This document shows positions 30,201-38,596 of a stretch of DNA of 64,000 nucleotides, one piece after another. Origin of the DNA: an uncultured bacterium (GTDB lineage: Bacteria > Babelota > Babeliae > Babelales > Vermiphilaceae); assembly GCA_963702025.1 (NCBI GenBank), contig OY969699.1, forward strand, positions 1,408,001 through 1,472,000. The letters run 5' to 3'. How positions within the stretch are numbered: position 1 is the stretch's first letter; each line of letters starts with the position of its first letter. The notes beneath the pieces are model-generated. The model made no database searches and had not been told where the DNA came from. It saw only the letters and a list, made by a program, of their open reading frames with translations. The position numbers were made by a program, and so were the translations under genes.

Positions 30201-33200
30201 CACTATTATTTCAATCATCATGGACGGGGATGTGATTGGGGAGCAAAAGGCAATGTAATATTTACACAATCATGTACCACCCAAGCGGGTGATACTATTA
30301 CCATGAATCTTGGCAACTTCGTAATCACCGGCACTATGAATGCTGCCGGAAAAATATCTATCCAAGCAAATACCGGATTGTTTGCGAATAATAACAGTTC
30401 CCGTCAAACGCAGATTCCTACGCAACCGGTGGTTGTTGATGTCACGCACTATATGCAAGATCAGGCACGAAGGCCCGGCATGTATCGCCTTGGTAATAAC
30501 AATGCAGTCGAAACAGAGTTCCCACTTGGCGCTGCATCTGCTCCGCAAGACGGGGATCGGGTATTGCTTGAAAATCCTGGCCGCGCTGCACCATTAGCAT
30601 GGGCAGATATTTTTAATCCATTGAACTCAGTCAATCTTGATTTGCATTTGCAGCAATTATTGGCGAATCTTGCGGGTAAAGTATATGCAGGAAAAGCAAA
30701 AGGTAATAATCTAGCAACTATTCTTTGGGCCAATGCCAATAAGTGGCGCCAACAACATGGTAAAGATGTGATGTCCCCGGCAGACATGAAAAACCTTAAC
30801 ACCTCTATGCTCCTGTGCCAGATTTTGAATAATGGTTTATCTGAACAACAACAAATATTACTCTGTATTGCGCCCGCCGATATCAATCCCTATCAAGATC
30901 GGGGAGATATCGTTGCTGATGCGGTTGAATGTATCACCGAAGGTGATCAAACGCATTTGAATAATCGTATTGTGGCGCAAGGGCCCGATGGGATTACACT
31001 CACATCAAAAGCGGGCAATGTACACTTAGAAACTCAAAAGTATACCACTGTCAGTGAAACAGATGCAGGCACGATCACCCAGCAACACGCAATGCCACAA
31101 CAGCAATTAATCGCACAATCGGGTCCTGTTGCCGTGACTGCTCATGGAAATATTTCTCGCACCGGCACCGTGATAGCGGCAGCAGGCGATGTTGATGAAC
31201 ATGCCCAAACCGGTTCAGTTATTAAAAATCCATTGGTATTGCAAACAACCGTTGAAAAGCACCATAAAGAAAGGGGATTATTTTCAACTACAGAATCAAC
31301 TCAAACGAGCGTAACGCATCATGTAGTGCCTTCAACAACAATCTCAGGAGCAAAACTCCATGATAAAGCAGCAGTGTCAATTAACGCCGTTGCACCGCAA
31401 GATTCTGCTACGCAAAAGATCATTTATGAATCGCCAAACACCATTATCGAGGGCTTGATTCTGGCCAACCGCACCACCAGTCAATCCAACACCAGTAGTG
31501 GCTTCTCAGAACAATCCTCTTTTGAAAGCAAAGAAACGCCACACACAACCCCTGCGAATATACAAGCCAAAGTAGTAGAGTTAGTGGGAAAAAATGCACG
31601 CGTAAATGCAAACATTAATGCAAAAGAACTGCGCGATGAAACGGAGCATGGCGCGCAATTTGTTGCAAAAGTTGCCCAAATGCTGTGCTCAGGTCAATCA
31701 CTAGCTTCGAGCCCATTCATGAGCGTAGATGCCGGTTATAATGCCGGCTATGAAACCATGATTCCTACCATGCTCATGGTAGAAAAAATTGTGCGAACCA
31801 AAGAAACCGGGCACATGGTTTTTGAATCGGCACTCATCGATAAAAATCGCACTGAAATTATTGGTAAATTTGTTGAAACTACTTACCAGCTCAAGCAATG
31901 GCAAACCAGTTGGAATCATACATCACAATTGATCCCCGATGAAGCGTTGATAGTTGTTGCATTAGCCATTACCTTAGCAACGCAAGGCGCCGGCGTAGAA
32001 CTTTTAGCTCCGTTGCTTACCAATATTACTGCCGCAACCGGCATGCAATTAAGCGCAGCAGGGATTGCGATGGTGAATGCCGGTATTTCAACTGTTTGCA
32101 GTAGTGCTGCAACTTCATTCTTGAGAACCGGCGATCCGATTAATACCGTTGCCCAACTCGCATCTCCTGCGCAACTTAAATCAGTAGCATTCAGTATGGC
32201 ATCAGCCGGATTATGTTCTCAACTAGGTGATATGCTGAACGTGAATATGAAACCTGAATTGAAATCTTTGGTGAGCCATGTCAAAGAACAGGCACTGCGC
32301 GGCACTGTCGATGCATTGCTGAATGTTGCAATCAATGATGCACCGGTTGATAAAGCGCTGGGCGATGCATGCAAACAAATTCCATTAAAAGCGGTTGCTG
32401 CTTATGCGGCAAATAAAATTTGTACCGCGTATATGAATACCATCTCTCAAAAAGCAGCACAAACAGTCGTGGGCGGCTTGAGTGGTTTTGCGATGGATAA
32501 TTCTTCAAGAGGCTTTGTTTCTGGTGCAGTTGGCGCATTAACAGCCGAAACTATTGGAGATTTACTCATAGCTGATGCAAAAGAAATTTCTATTATTGCT
32601 GCGCTCCGGCTAAAAGCTGCAGGAAAACCACTGAGCATAGAAAATATGCAACAAGCAATCCAAGAAGAAGTGCGCTATAAAATGAATTTTGCCAAAATTG
32701 CAGCTTCCGGCATTGCGGCGCTTGCAAAACAAAATCCTTCAATTGCGCTATCAACCGCAAGCAATGCGCTTGATAATGATGTCGCTATCCGAGGCTCATT
32801 GTATGCAATGGCAGAATTCCAATCAATGCTCTCAGCGGCAAGTCAGGCAGTTGTTACTTTGGGGATACCTGATGAGGTAATGGAATCACAATTAGCAGAG
32901 TCCAGCGCAGCAGCTTCACCTAATGAGCAAACGGGTGCATCTGAAGAAGGAGATCAAAGACCGTTTGTTGAACATCCTAATAGGGGTTTGTGGTATAAAG
33001 CTTGTATTTCAGGCGATCTTATATTAACAGAAGGACGTGGGAAATATCTTTATTTAGGTCTACGTTCTGTCTGGCATAAGCATCCTAAATGCCCGTTTAA
33101 TGTAATGGGCCATGGGAGTTCTTCAGCGGTGGAAGTGGACACAAAAGAAATTCATTCGCATGGATTAGATAGAACGAATTCAAATATCTTAGAAGCTGAG

Positions 33201-33509
33201 GGACGCGTAAGCCTGAATGCTACTGAACTTGCAAAACTGATTAGAACTGCGCCTAACTATGAAGAAGGGCAACATATCAATTTGTTTTCATGTGAATGTG
33301 GAGCTGACCCAGATGGAATAGCTCAGCAGTTGTCTGATGAAATGAAGACTCCAGTATCTGCCTTCACTGGATTAGCCGCGACTTTCGGGTTAGTATTTGC
33401 TTCAGTATCATTTGATAAGGGGTTCCCTGAATTAAAAGATATTAAAACCTTTTATCCGCAAGAGAAGCCTCTAACCAATATTCCAGACTTACGTTTCCCG
33501 ATGAATTAG
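27201..33509 (+). CDS. Giant haemagglutinin/CdiA-like exoprotein with C-terminal clan CD peptidase-like domain
   Basis: Leader ...NAFT|MEQ; many NxG beta-helix repeats; Ala/Gly helical region ending TASNALDND; C-terminal MGHG...LFSCECG...AQQLS. Confidence 0.75.
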   Translation: MLKKSVFASLSYLSFLIFHNAFTMEQDRHSYHLSIKKIQNSPDQLTIKISKNAQKCSLVANFAAHTCDNEQNLFAPFKTAAGLKNATFGDAANPDCFLWNIPEFGLLKLQRDGSMFFGHGQNDVPLAHDELTFNTPGTLFLESLKVAALKIKSEKAQLCQAVVADQVHADHSVQNSGCLKTKRLVGPGEFLNEGLLELEGTRQKPAILGIKKFQNKNKLPLLAAKVQSSHLRVTGDNQCFSNGDGALFDVSDSLWVEKLQSGIASLFCNKGSLTTGQFDLCRQATNEGFLQAHTMTAKEQQFDNKEFGQVKILDAMYVDSSIVNEGELNAQRIINVNNGVNKGTITGSPDLSLDVRHTLDNYGQVKISSLSGEGVFKNHRNLFFNNVYPTTIQTLINQTLAHDKKAKIEGRGLYIQGGIFLNEVDSDICLNGNLSFTSRQPWLGIVSPVAKLACNKGNIKVQSLHLFEEYGLENSGNVEIKDLRLEQKTPLNNLQGGSVEINGSMSIDKTAIKNAGELTTHGNVNLTAAHVENKGTMICKQGNLSYTDAKLDNAGNVLMDGVKSSDILDVTNSGMLALKDSALNFGELKNEKDLVLHSGVYAVNALTRNKRLQLLDQDWVITDDPKHQAPHRLLCMNSPEKKSWGASFAEEIECQRNLRYDLEVWPGNVRSQADVCLSSRYIRDIDQLKALQTPGKVTAWCGPINLIEEEEKESESNFLWGFNFAALRRCFSHYDFSNIGHLALNVFGPFTTHYSFQAPTLSMHVLGPLVLGKDNEHLGTLAATHGPLTVQAHSIDGRFGKFYGNGKTLLESYKEDITVGAPTRGIDENIKQQFINAYPRPGGFWNKFVDNFLASFDYTLNQPNGAYAASDNHLTLRSAKNIFVKYGTVISALGNHLIAQNEVQNLSGKISSQGGTTFEADTYNHTREGAATKSWTSQHDYYQYPGSGPAVLESLKKIDFLVKKVNNRAGSIRCGEDIGVNGSKTLAQATEYVEEPQHFYHYYFNHHGRGCDWGAKGNVIFTQSCTTQAGDTITMNLGNFVITGTMNAAGKISIQANTGLFANNNSSRQTQIPTQPVVVDVTHYMQDQARRPGMYRLGNNNAVETEFPLGAASAPQDGDRVLLENPGRAAPLAWADIFNPLNSVNLDLHLQQLLANLAGKVYAGKAKGNNLATILWANANKWRQQHGKDVMSPADMKNLNTSMLLCQILNNGLSEQQQILLCIAPADINPYQDRGDIVADAVECITEGDQTHLNNRIVAQGPDGITLTSKAGNVHLETQKYTTVSETDAGTITQQHAMPQQQLIAQSGPVAVTAHGNISRTGTVIAAAGDVDEHAQTGSVIKNPLVLQTTVEKHHKERGLFSTTESTQTSVTHHVVPSTTISGAKLHDKAAVSINAVAPQDSATQKIIYESPNTIIEGLILANRTTSQSNTSSGFSEQSSFESKETPHTTPANIQAKVVELVGKNARVNANINAKELRDETEHGAQFVAKVAQMLCSGQSLASSPFMSVDAGYNAGYETMIPTMLMVEKIVRTKETGHMVFESALIDKNRTEIIGKFVETTYQLKQWQTSWNHTSQLIPDEALIVVALAITLATQGAGVELLAPLLTNITAATGMQLSAAGIAMVNAGISTVCSSAATSFLRTGDPINTVAQLASPAQLKSVAFSMASAGLCSQLGDMLNVNMKPELKSLVSHVKEQALRGTVDALLNVAINDAPVDKALGDACKQIPLKAVAAYAANKICTAYMNTISQKAAQTVVGGLSGFAMDNSSRGFVSGAVGALTAETIGDLLIADAKEISIIAALRLKAAGKPLSIENMQQAIQEEVRYKMNFAKIAASGIAALAKQNPSIALSTASNALDNDVAIRGSLYAMAEFQSMLSAASQAVVTLGIPDEVMESQLAESSAAASPNEQTGASEEGDQRPFVEHPNRGLWYKACISGDLILTEGRGKYLYLGLRSVWHKHPKCPFNVMGHGSSSAVEVDTKEIHSHGLDRTNSNILEAEGRVSLNATELAKLIRTAPNYEEGQHINLFSCECGADPDGIAQQLSDEMKTPVSAFTGLAATFGLVFASVSFDKGFPELKDIKTFYPQEKPLTNIPDLRFPMN

Positions 33510-33540
33510 AAAAGTATGAGCTTGAGCAATATGCAAGAAA

Positions 33541-34086
33541 TTATTTTTGCTCAAGCTCTTCAAAAGAGATATCACGAACCGGATAATTTTCCCAATCTTT
33601 ATAATCAAAATGCCACCATTCAGCATGCCAGCCAATAAAACCATGTTTATGCATAATGGTTTCTAAGAGTAAGCGATTTTGCCGGACAATTTCAGCAATA
33701 TCTTGATAATTACGATGAGCTTTTTCACTAAAATCATCGAAATCAGTACCCATATCAAGTTCTTTGCCAGTCTTTAGATCAATAAGCGTCACATCAATAG
33801 CACATCCGCGATTATGCCGGGAACCTTTTGAAGGATTGGCGACATACGTTTCATCGGGTAATAATTCCCAAAATATTTTTTGAACTGATAATGGCCGATA
33901 ACCATCATAAACTTTAAGACTAAAGCCCAGGCTAATGAATTCTTTTTGAGCTACTTGCAATGCCACTGCGGCTACTTCTTCAAGATAGCATTCTGCAATT
34001 GAATAAACTGGCACACCGGTAAAATTATTACTGGTGGCATACCTGATATCACGAGGAATTTGAGGATCAATTTTTATTATTTTCAT
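33541..34086 (-). CDS. ddpX: D-alanyl-D-alanine dipeptidase (M15D, VanX/DdpX family)
   Basis: YDGYRP, GSRHNRGCAIDVTL, DMGTDFDDF and EWWHF motifs. Confidence 0.93.
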   Translation of the reverse strand: MKIIKIDPQIPRDIRYATSNNFTGVPVYSIAECYLEEVAAVALQVAQKEFISLGFSLKVYDGYRPLSVQKIFWELLPDETYVANPSKGSRHNRGCAIDVTLIDLKTGKELDMGTDFDDFSEKAHRNYQDIAEIVRQNRLLLETIMHKHGFIGWHAEWWHFDYKDWENYPVRDISFEELEQK

Positions 34087-34771
34087 GTGCATTTAATGCA
34101 AAATCAACGGCGGCTGATGTTTGAAGTTGCACCGGATCAATGATCGGCAACACTGAATTAGTTTGATTCACCACCGATGGATATTCGGTGCATCCCAAAA
34201 CAACCGCATCGCAATCTTTATGTTTTGCAATCAAATTGGCAAAATAGTTTCTTGATTCTTGCGACACGCTATTTTGCATTAACTCGCCATGAATTCGTTG
34301 CATCTCATTGCGCTCTTCTAGATTTGGAATCACTACCTCTGTGCCATTATCTTCAAGTTTCTTGCCAAAAAAACCATCTTCCATGGTAAATTTGGTGGCA
34401 AGTAAAAGGACTTTATTATAGTTTTGCTTTTTAATATGTTGCGCAACTAAATCAACGGCATGGAATACGTGAATTTGAGAGTTAAGATCAGCTTTAATCA
34501 TGTCATAATATTTATGCAAGCTGTTGCAGCAAATAATAATGCAATCAGGATTGAGTGTGATAAGCTTTAGCAATTCTCTTTTTAATGCTGCGGCAGTTGC
34601 ACCATGATCTTTGCCGTAATTGCTCATAATATCATGATAATCGACACTGCTTAGAATAATTTTGGCGCTATGATAACCGCCCAAGCGTTTGTTCATCTTT
34701 TCATTTAATAGTGTGTAATAGCCAATGGTTGATGACCAGCCGGTGCCGCCTAATAATCCAATTGTTTTCAT
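34067..34771 (-). CDS. Aspartate/glutamate racemase family (RacX/YgeA-like)
   Basis: MKTIGLLGG, CCNSLH, LATKFTME, VLGCTE. Confidence 0.92.
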   Translation of the reverse strand: MKTIGLLGGTGWSSTIGYYTLLNEKMNKRLGGYHSAKIILSSVDYHDIMSNYGKDHGATAAALKRELLKLITLNPDCIIICCNSLHKYYDMIKADLNSQIHVFHAVDLVAQHIKKQNYNKVLLLATKFTMEDGFFGKKLEDNGTEVVIPNLEERNEMQRIHGELMQNSVSQESRNYFANLIAKHKDCDAVVLGCTEYPSVVNQTNSVLPIIDPVQLQTSAAVDFALNAHENNKN

Positions 34772-34844
34772 GTGTGATCCTGTAGTGTAATAATGTTTAT
34801 ATTGCTTTGTTTATGTTTTTAATAAAGTTTACTACTTCTTTTGA

Positions 34845-35465
34845 TTACGGACACCAGCTATCATCATATCGATATCGTTTTTCAGATGCTTTTTCTTTGG
34901 CTTCTCGAGCCTCACGATTCTTCTTGGATGAAAAAAGTTGCATTCCTACCGGAATATCCTTTACCCCAGTTGTTGTAAGGAGAACATGATCCCAAGAAGC
35001 ATGGTAATGCATATAAATATCCATACAGCGCTTAACAACTGAACTTTTAGTATAAAGCTGCTCGATTTCTTTGTGTCTATCCTGTCCTTGATATTTTAAT
35101 TTCTCATTTAATTTTTCATTAAGTTCTACGGGCAGCTTTTTAACCTGTATTAATATCGGCGTAATACGGAGCTGCTCATTTTCCTGAGTAATGGTTGCAA
35201 TTTTATTGAGGGTGGTTATCGCGGTAAAAAGATCAAGTTGCTTTTCCAGCGGAGCATTCACCATATCAGTATATTTATTAAGGCTTTCATGAGGAAATTG
35301 GGCATCAATTTTTTGAGCCAGAAGATCGCACTGCTGATTGCGCACGGATGCAATTTCTCTGATTATTTTCTCGAGACACAATGAAACGAGGGGAGGGATA
35401 TATCTTGAATTTTGCATTGGATAAATGTTTGAAACAAAAAATAAAGGAAGTAGTAAGTATTTCAT
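34845..35465 (-). CDS. Secreted protein with BC-box-like motif
   Basis: Leader ...NIYP|MQN; IPPLVSLCLEKI; ends WCP. Confidence 0.7.
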   Translation of the reverse strand: MKYLLLPLFFVSNIYPMQNSRYIPPLVSLCLEKIIREIASVRNQQCDLLAQKIDAQFPHESLNKYTDMVNAPLEKQLDLFTAITTLNKIATITQENEQLRITPILIQVKKLPVELNEKLNEKLKYQGQDRHKEIEQLYTKSSVVKRCMDIYMHYHASWDHVLLTTTGVKDIPVGMQLFSSKKNREAREAKEKASEKRYRYDDSWCP

Positions 35466-35483
35466 AAACAGCTTTCGTATATT

Positions 35484-36074
35484 TTAATCTGCATGCTCAA
35501 TCGATTCAAATGCAAACATCTGCCGATCTTCATGCCAAGTGAAGGTAATAATTGATTCATTGGTTACTTCGGGTAATTGTTCTACATTATGCCCTAGATG
35601 AACAAGCAATGAGCGGATTGCTCCTCCATGAGTCACCACGGCAATACGCTGGTCTTTGTGTTTTTGTGCGATTAACAGGAGATAGTTCATAACGCGTTCT
35701 ATTACTTTATCGCGGGGTTCTGCACCAATTTCTTCTGGCAATGTTAGCCAATCAAAATGTCCATAAAGATCGTGCCATTCTTTTTTTGTAAGCCCTTCCA
35801 TTTTGCCATAATGTCCTTCGCGCAGATCAGCGGCACTAATGATCTCTAATGTAAAAAGAGTGGCAATTGCATGCGCCGTTTGATGCGCTCGTTGCAAATC
35901 TGATGAATAAAGGGCATGCAAAGAGACGTGTTTCTTCTTAAGAAACTGCGCCACTTTTTGTGCTTGTGCTTTTCCGGTTGCATTCAATGGAATATCCGCG
36001 TGGCCCTGTATTTTACCCGCAAGATTCCAATCAGTTTGACCATGACGAATAAGATATAAGGTAGTTGTACTCAT
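35484..36074 (-). CDS. Histidine phosphatase (phosphoglycerate mutase family)
   Basis: LIRHGQTDWN, SSDLQRA, LREGHYG, VVTHGG. Confidence 0.93.
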   Translation of the reverse strand: MSTTTLYLIRHGQTDWNLAGKIQGHADIPLNATGKAQAQKVAQFLKKKHVSLHALYSSDLQRAHQTAHAIATLFTLEIISAADLREGHYGKMEGLTKKEWHDLYGHFDWLTLPEEIGAEPRDKVIERVMNYLLLIAQKHKDQRIAVVTHGGAIRSLLVHLGHNVEQLPEVTNESIITFTWHEDRQMFAFESIEHAD

Positions 36075-36145
36075 ATGAAAATCCTCAATGTGTATATTTT
36101 ATGCATTGCATTTATGAACAAGAAATTTCTATATCAGGCAAATGG

Positions 36146-36445
36146 CTAATCAGGATGCGGCACAATCGCAATAATTGTAAGCTGACGTTCTTTAGGTCCA
36201 TAATACCAAAATATTCGATATGCCCTGGGAGTCTTTTGTTGTGCGTATGCTTCAAAAACTTTTTCTCCTCTTGGCCCCTTTAATGCAGTGTACTCGTGCG
36301 TATTTAGAGATGGATGCCTTAAATTTACTTCCATAAGGCCTAATGTCTTGCTTACTGCTTTATAAATTTTGATTTGTGAAGGATCATTTTCAAGCTCATC
36401 GAGACTATCATTTGCCTCATCAGAAAACACCAATTCTCTTTTCAT
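36146..36445 (-). CDS. RelE/ParE-superfamily toxin
   Basis: LVFSDEA, NLRHPSLNTH, AYRIFWYYG...IIAIVPHP; ATGA overlap with upstream partner. Confidence 0.75.
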   Translation of the reverse strand: MKRELVFSDEANDSLDELENDPSQIKIYKAVSKTLGLMEVNLRHPSLNTHEYTALKGPRGEKVFEAYAQQKTPRAYRIFWYYGPKERQLTIIAIVPHPD

Positions 36446-36717
36446 TTGGATTTACTTCTCTTAGTTACATGATGGGCAAATGAACCACGGCTCACCCCTG
36501 GTGTTTTTTGTTTGAGGCCCCGTTTGATTTTCTCGAGAATTTCTTTATTTTCGGGCTTAAAAAGCCAAGCTTCGCGAGCAGGAACTTCTACTATAGGTTC
36601 TAGAATGATTCGACCATCTTTTTCTTCATGAGCATAAAAAGAAGACGCAATTTTTTTTGATACTTTAGTAAGCGATATTCGATTGCGAGAATCCACCTTT
36701 ACTGAAACTTTTTTCAT
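36442..36717 (-). CDS. AbrB-like antitoxin
   Basis: VKVDSRNRISL...DGRIILEP...EAWLF; directly upstream of the toxin. Confidence 0.7.
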   Translation of the reverse strand: MKKVSVKVDSRNRISLTKVSKKIASSFYAHEEKDGRIILEPIVEVPAREAWLFKPENKEILEKIKRGLKQKTPGVSRGSFAHHVTKRSKSK

Positions 36718-36775
36718 AAAAATACTCCTAAAAAAGTTAGTTATTTTAAACAATATCATAAAAGTGGGATTTGTG

Positions 36776-37651
36776 TCAAATGGGTAAATGGGTATTTATC
36801 ACTTCATCAATAATGCGCCAGCAATTTTTGCCTTCGATGTTATTTGCTTCGCAAATTTCCGATGCAACAATCAACGCTTTCCATAAGGCCCAACCGCGAC
36901 CGCGAGCCCAAGTGCCTTCATCTAGATTAAGAGTTTTGCAAAAAACTTCCCTGCTTTCTCCTTTGAAGAATGTCCATGCAATTGCTAAGTCGCACGCAGG
37001 ATCACCAATTGTTAATCCACCAAAATCAATAACGGCGCTTAACTGCCCGTTTTGCACGAGCAAGTTTCCCAGACTAATGTCTCCATGCACCCAAACAGGC
37101 GGCCGGGTCCACTGCGTTGCAAGTGCTGCTTCCCAAACTTGAGTTGCGGCGACAATATCGATCTTATCTTTCAGGATCGCCAAAGCTTTACGCGTTTCAT
37201 CATCATAAATTGCTAGCGATCCACCACGATCAGTGGTTGTTCCGGGAACCGGACCATTGGTAGGATCAATTTTTTGCAGCGCAACAAGAAATTGTGCAAG
37301 GCTCTTTGCAAAATCATTGGTATTAGCTATTTGTGCGTAGCCAGCAGCTTCGCCTGGTAGCCAGCGATAAACAGACCATTGCCATGGATAACCATACCCT
37401 GGCTCACCAATCACTAAAGGAATGGGAATTTGCAGTGGCAATAACGGAGCCAAAATTGGTAACCACTTATGCTCTTTTTCAACTTTCGGCGCATATTCTT
37501 GCCCGCTTGGCATACGCACGAGCATTGCATCACCAAGATGGAAGGTTCTATTATCCCATCCGCCCTGAGCAACCGGCTTTACCTCCAAATGTTTCCATTG
37601 GGGAAATTGAGAATCTATGAGCTTCCGCACAAGTTCAGTATCTATGATCAT
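36776..37651 (-). CDS. Aminoglycoside phosphotransferase-family kinase
   Basis: GWDNRTFHLG, WVHGDISLGNLL, VIDFG, GDPACDL. Confidence 0.92.
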   Translation of the reverse strand: MIIDTELVRKLIDSQFPQWKHLEVKPVAQGGWDNRTFHLGDAMLVRMPSGQEYAPKVEKEHKWLPILAPLLPLQIPIPLVIGEPGYGYPWQWSVYRWLPGEAAGYAQIANTNDFAKSLAQFLVALQKIDPTNGPVPGTTTDRGGSLAIYDDETRKALAILKDKIDIVAATQVWEAALATQWTRPPVWVHGDISLGNLLVQNGQLSAVIDFGGLTIGDPACDLAIAWTFFKGESREVFCKTLNLDEGTWARGRGWALWKALIVASEICEANNIEGKNCWRIIDEVINTHLPI

Positions 37652-37653
37652 AA

Positions 37654-38487
37654 CTATTTATCGTCATTTTCTAATTTAGATGTATCAAATCCCCATTTTG
37701 CGCACAAGCCATGTAATGCAAGCATAGCGCTCGAATAGCCTTTACAGCTATAGATCGCTCTCAAATCTGTTTCTAATTTATCATTGCCATGCGCCATTTC
37801 TGCAAAAAAATCAGGGCCTTTTAATAGATTCATCTGATATCTATGAGTGTTATACATATGATCTTGAATTCTGGCAACTTCATCGGCAGTCAAAAGGGGA
37901 TTAAGTGAAGGCTTTTTTTGAGCCGCTTCAAGAAGCGTTTTGAATGCTTCAACTATTTTTGAATCAACATCATAATCAGCAGTGCCGTATACATTAACTA
38001 TCACCGGCCTTTCAAGATTTTTTGTTTGCTCTGTTCTAATAAAACCTACGTTTGCAAATTTATCATTTAATAATGTTTGATGCCACGCAATTCCCTGTTC
38101 TTTATCCACGTTGCCATTCCAAGGAATGAATTGTAAGAGTTTATGAAAGGATGCTGATTGCTGTGTCAAGACATCGCAAGCATAGCGATGCGATTTGCTC
38201 GCACGATCTTCTTCGTTATCGATATCTTCCATCACTTTGCAAAAATCCGTTGGTTTAAAATTGGTATCATGGGCAGCTTGTGTGCACAAATGAGAAAAAA
38301 GTCCCCTTTGTATTGCTATAAGAGTATTTGATTGCGGGGATATATCTTTAAAGCAATCGATCACATCTGGCGAAGATATAAGAGGCTTATTGTAGGCAGC
38401 CAAAAGATTTTCTTTTGGGGCTTCCATAGCCTGGAGGCTAAATATGCTAAAACATGCTAATGCCATTGTACTTTTAATAAGTTTCAT
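37654..38487 (-). CDS. Secreted protein, unknown family X (IPW subtype) with C-terminal extension
   Basis: GAGG RBS; leader ...SLQA|MEA; LFSHLCTQA, FHKLLQFIPWNGNVD. Confidence 0.8.
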   Translation of the reverse strand: MKLIKSTMALACFSIFSLQAMEAPKENLLAAYNKPLISSPDVIDCFKDISPQSNTLIAIQRGLFSHLCTQAAHDTNFKPTDFCKVMEDIDNEEDRASKSHRYACDVLTQQSASFHKLLQFIPWNGNVDKEQGIAWHQTLLNDKFANVGFIRTEQTKNLERPVIVNVYGTADYDVDSKIVEAFKTLLEAAQKKPSLNPLLTADEVARIQDHMYNTHRYQMNLLKGPDFFAEMAHGNDKLETDLRAIYSCKGYSSAMLALHGLCAKWGFDTSKLENDDK

Positions 38488-38596
38488 ATGAACCTCTTCG
38501 AATAAAATAGCTGTAATTGTCCTAAGATTAGCAAATATGATAGCCATTTATGCAAATTAAAGATAGAAAAAATGCCATTATTTATGCGGCTTTTCT

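Noticed and set aside
27359..32880. Short ORFs nested in the giant exoprotein gene
   Set aside because: Antisense or alternate-frame shadows without independent evidence
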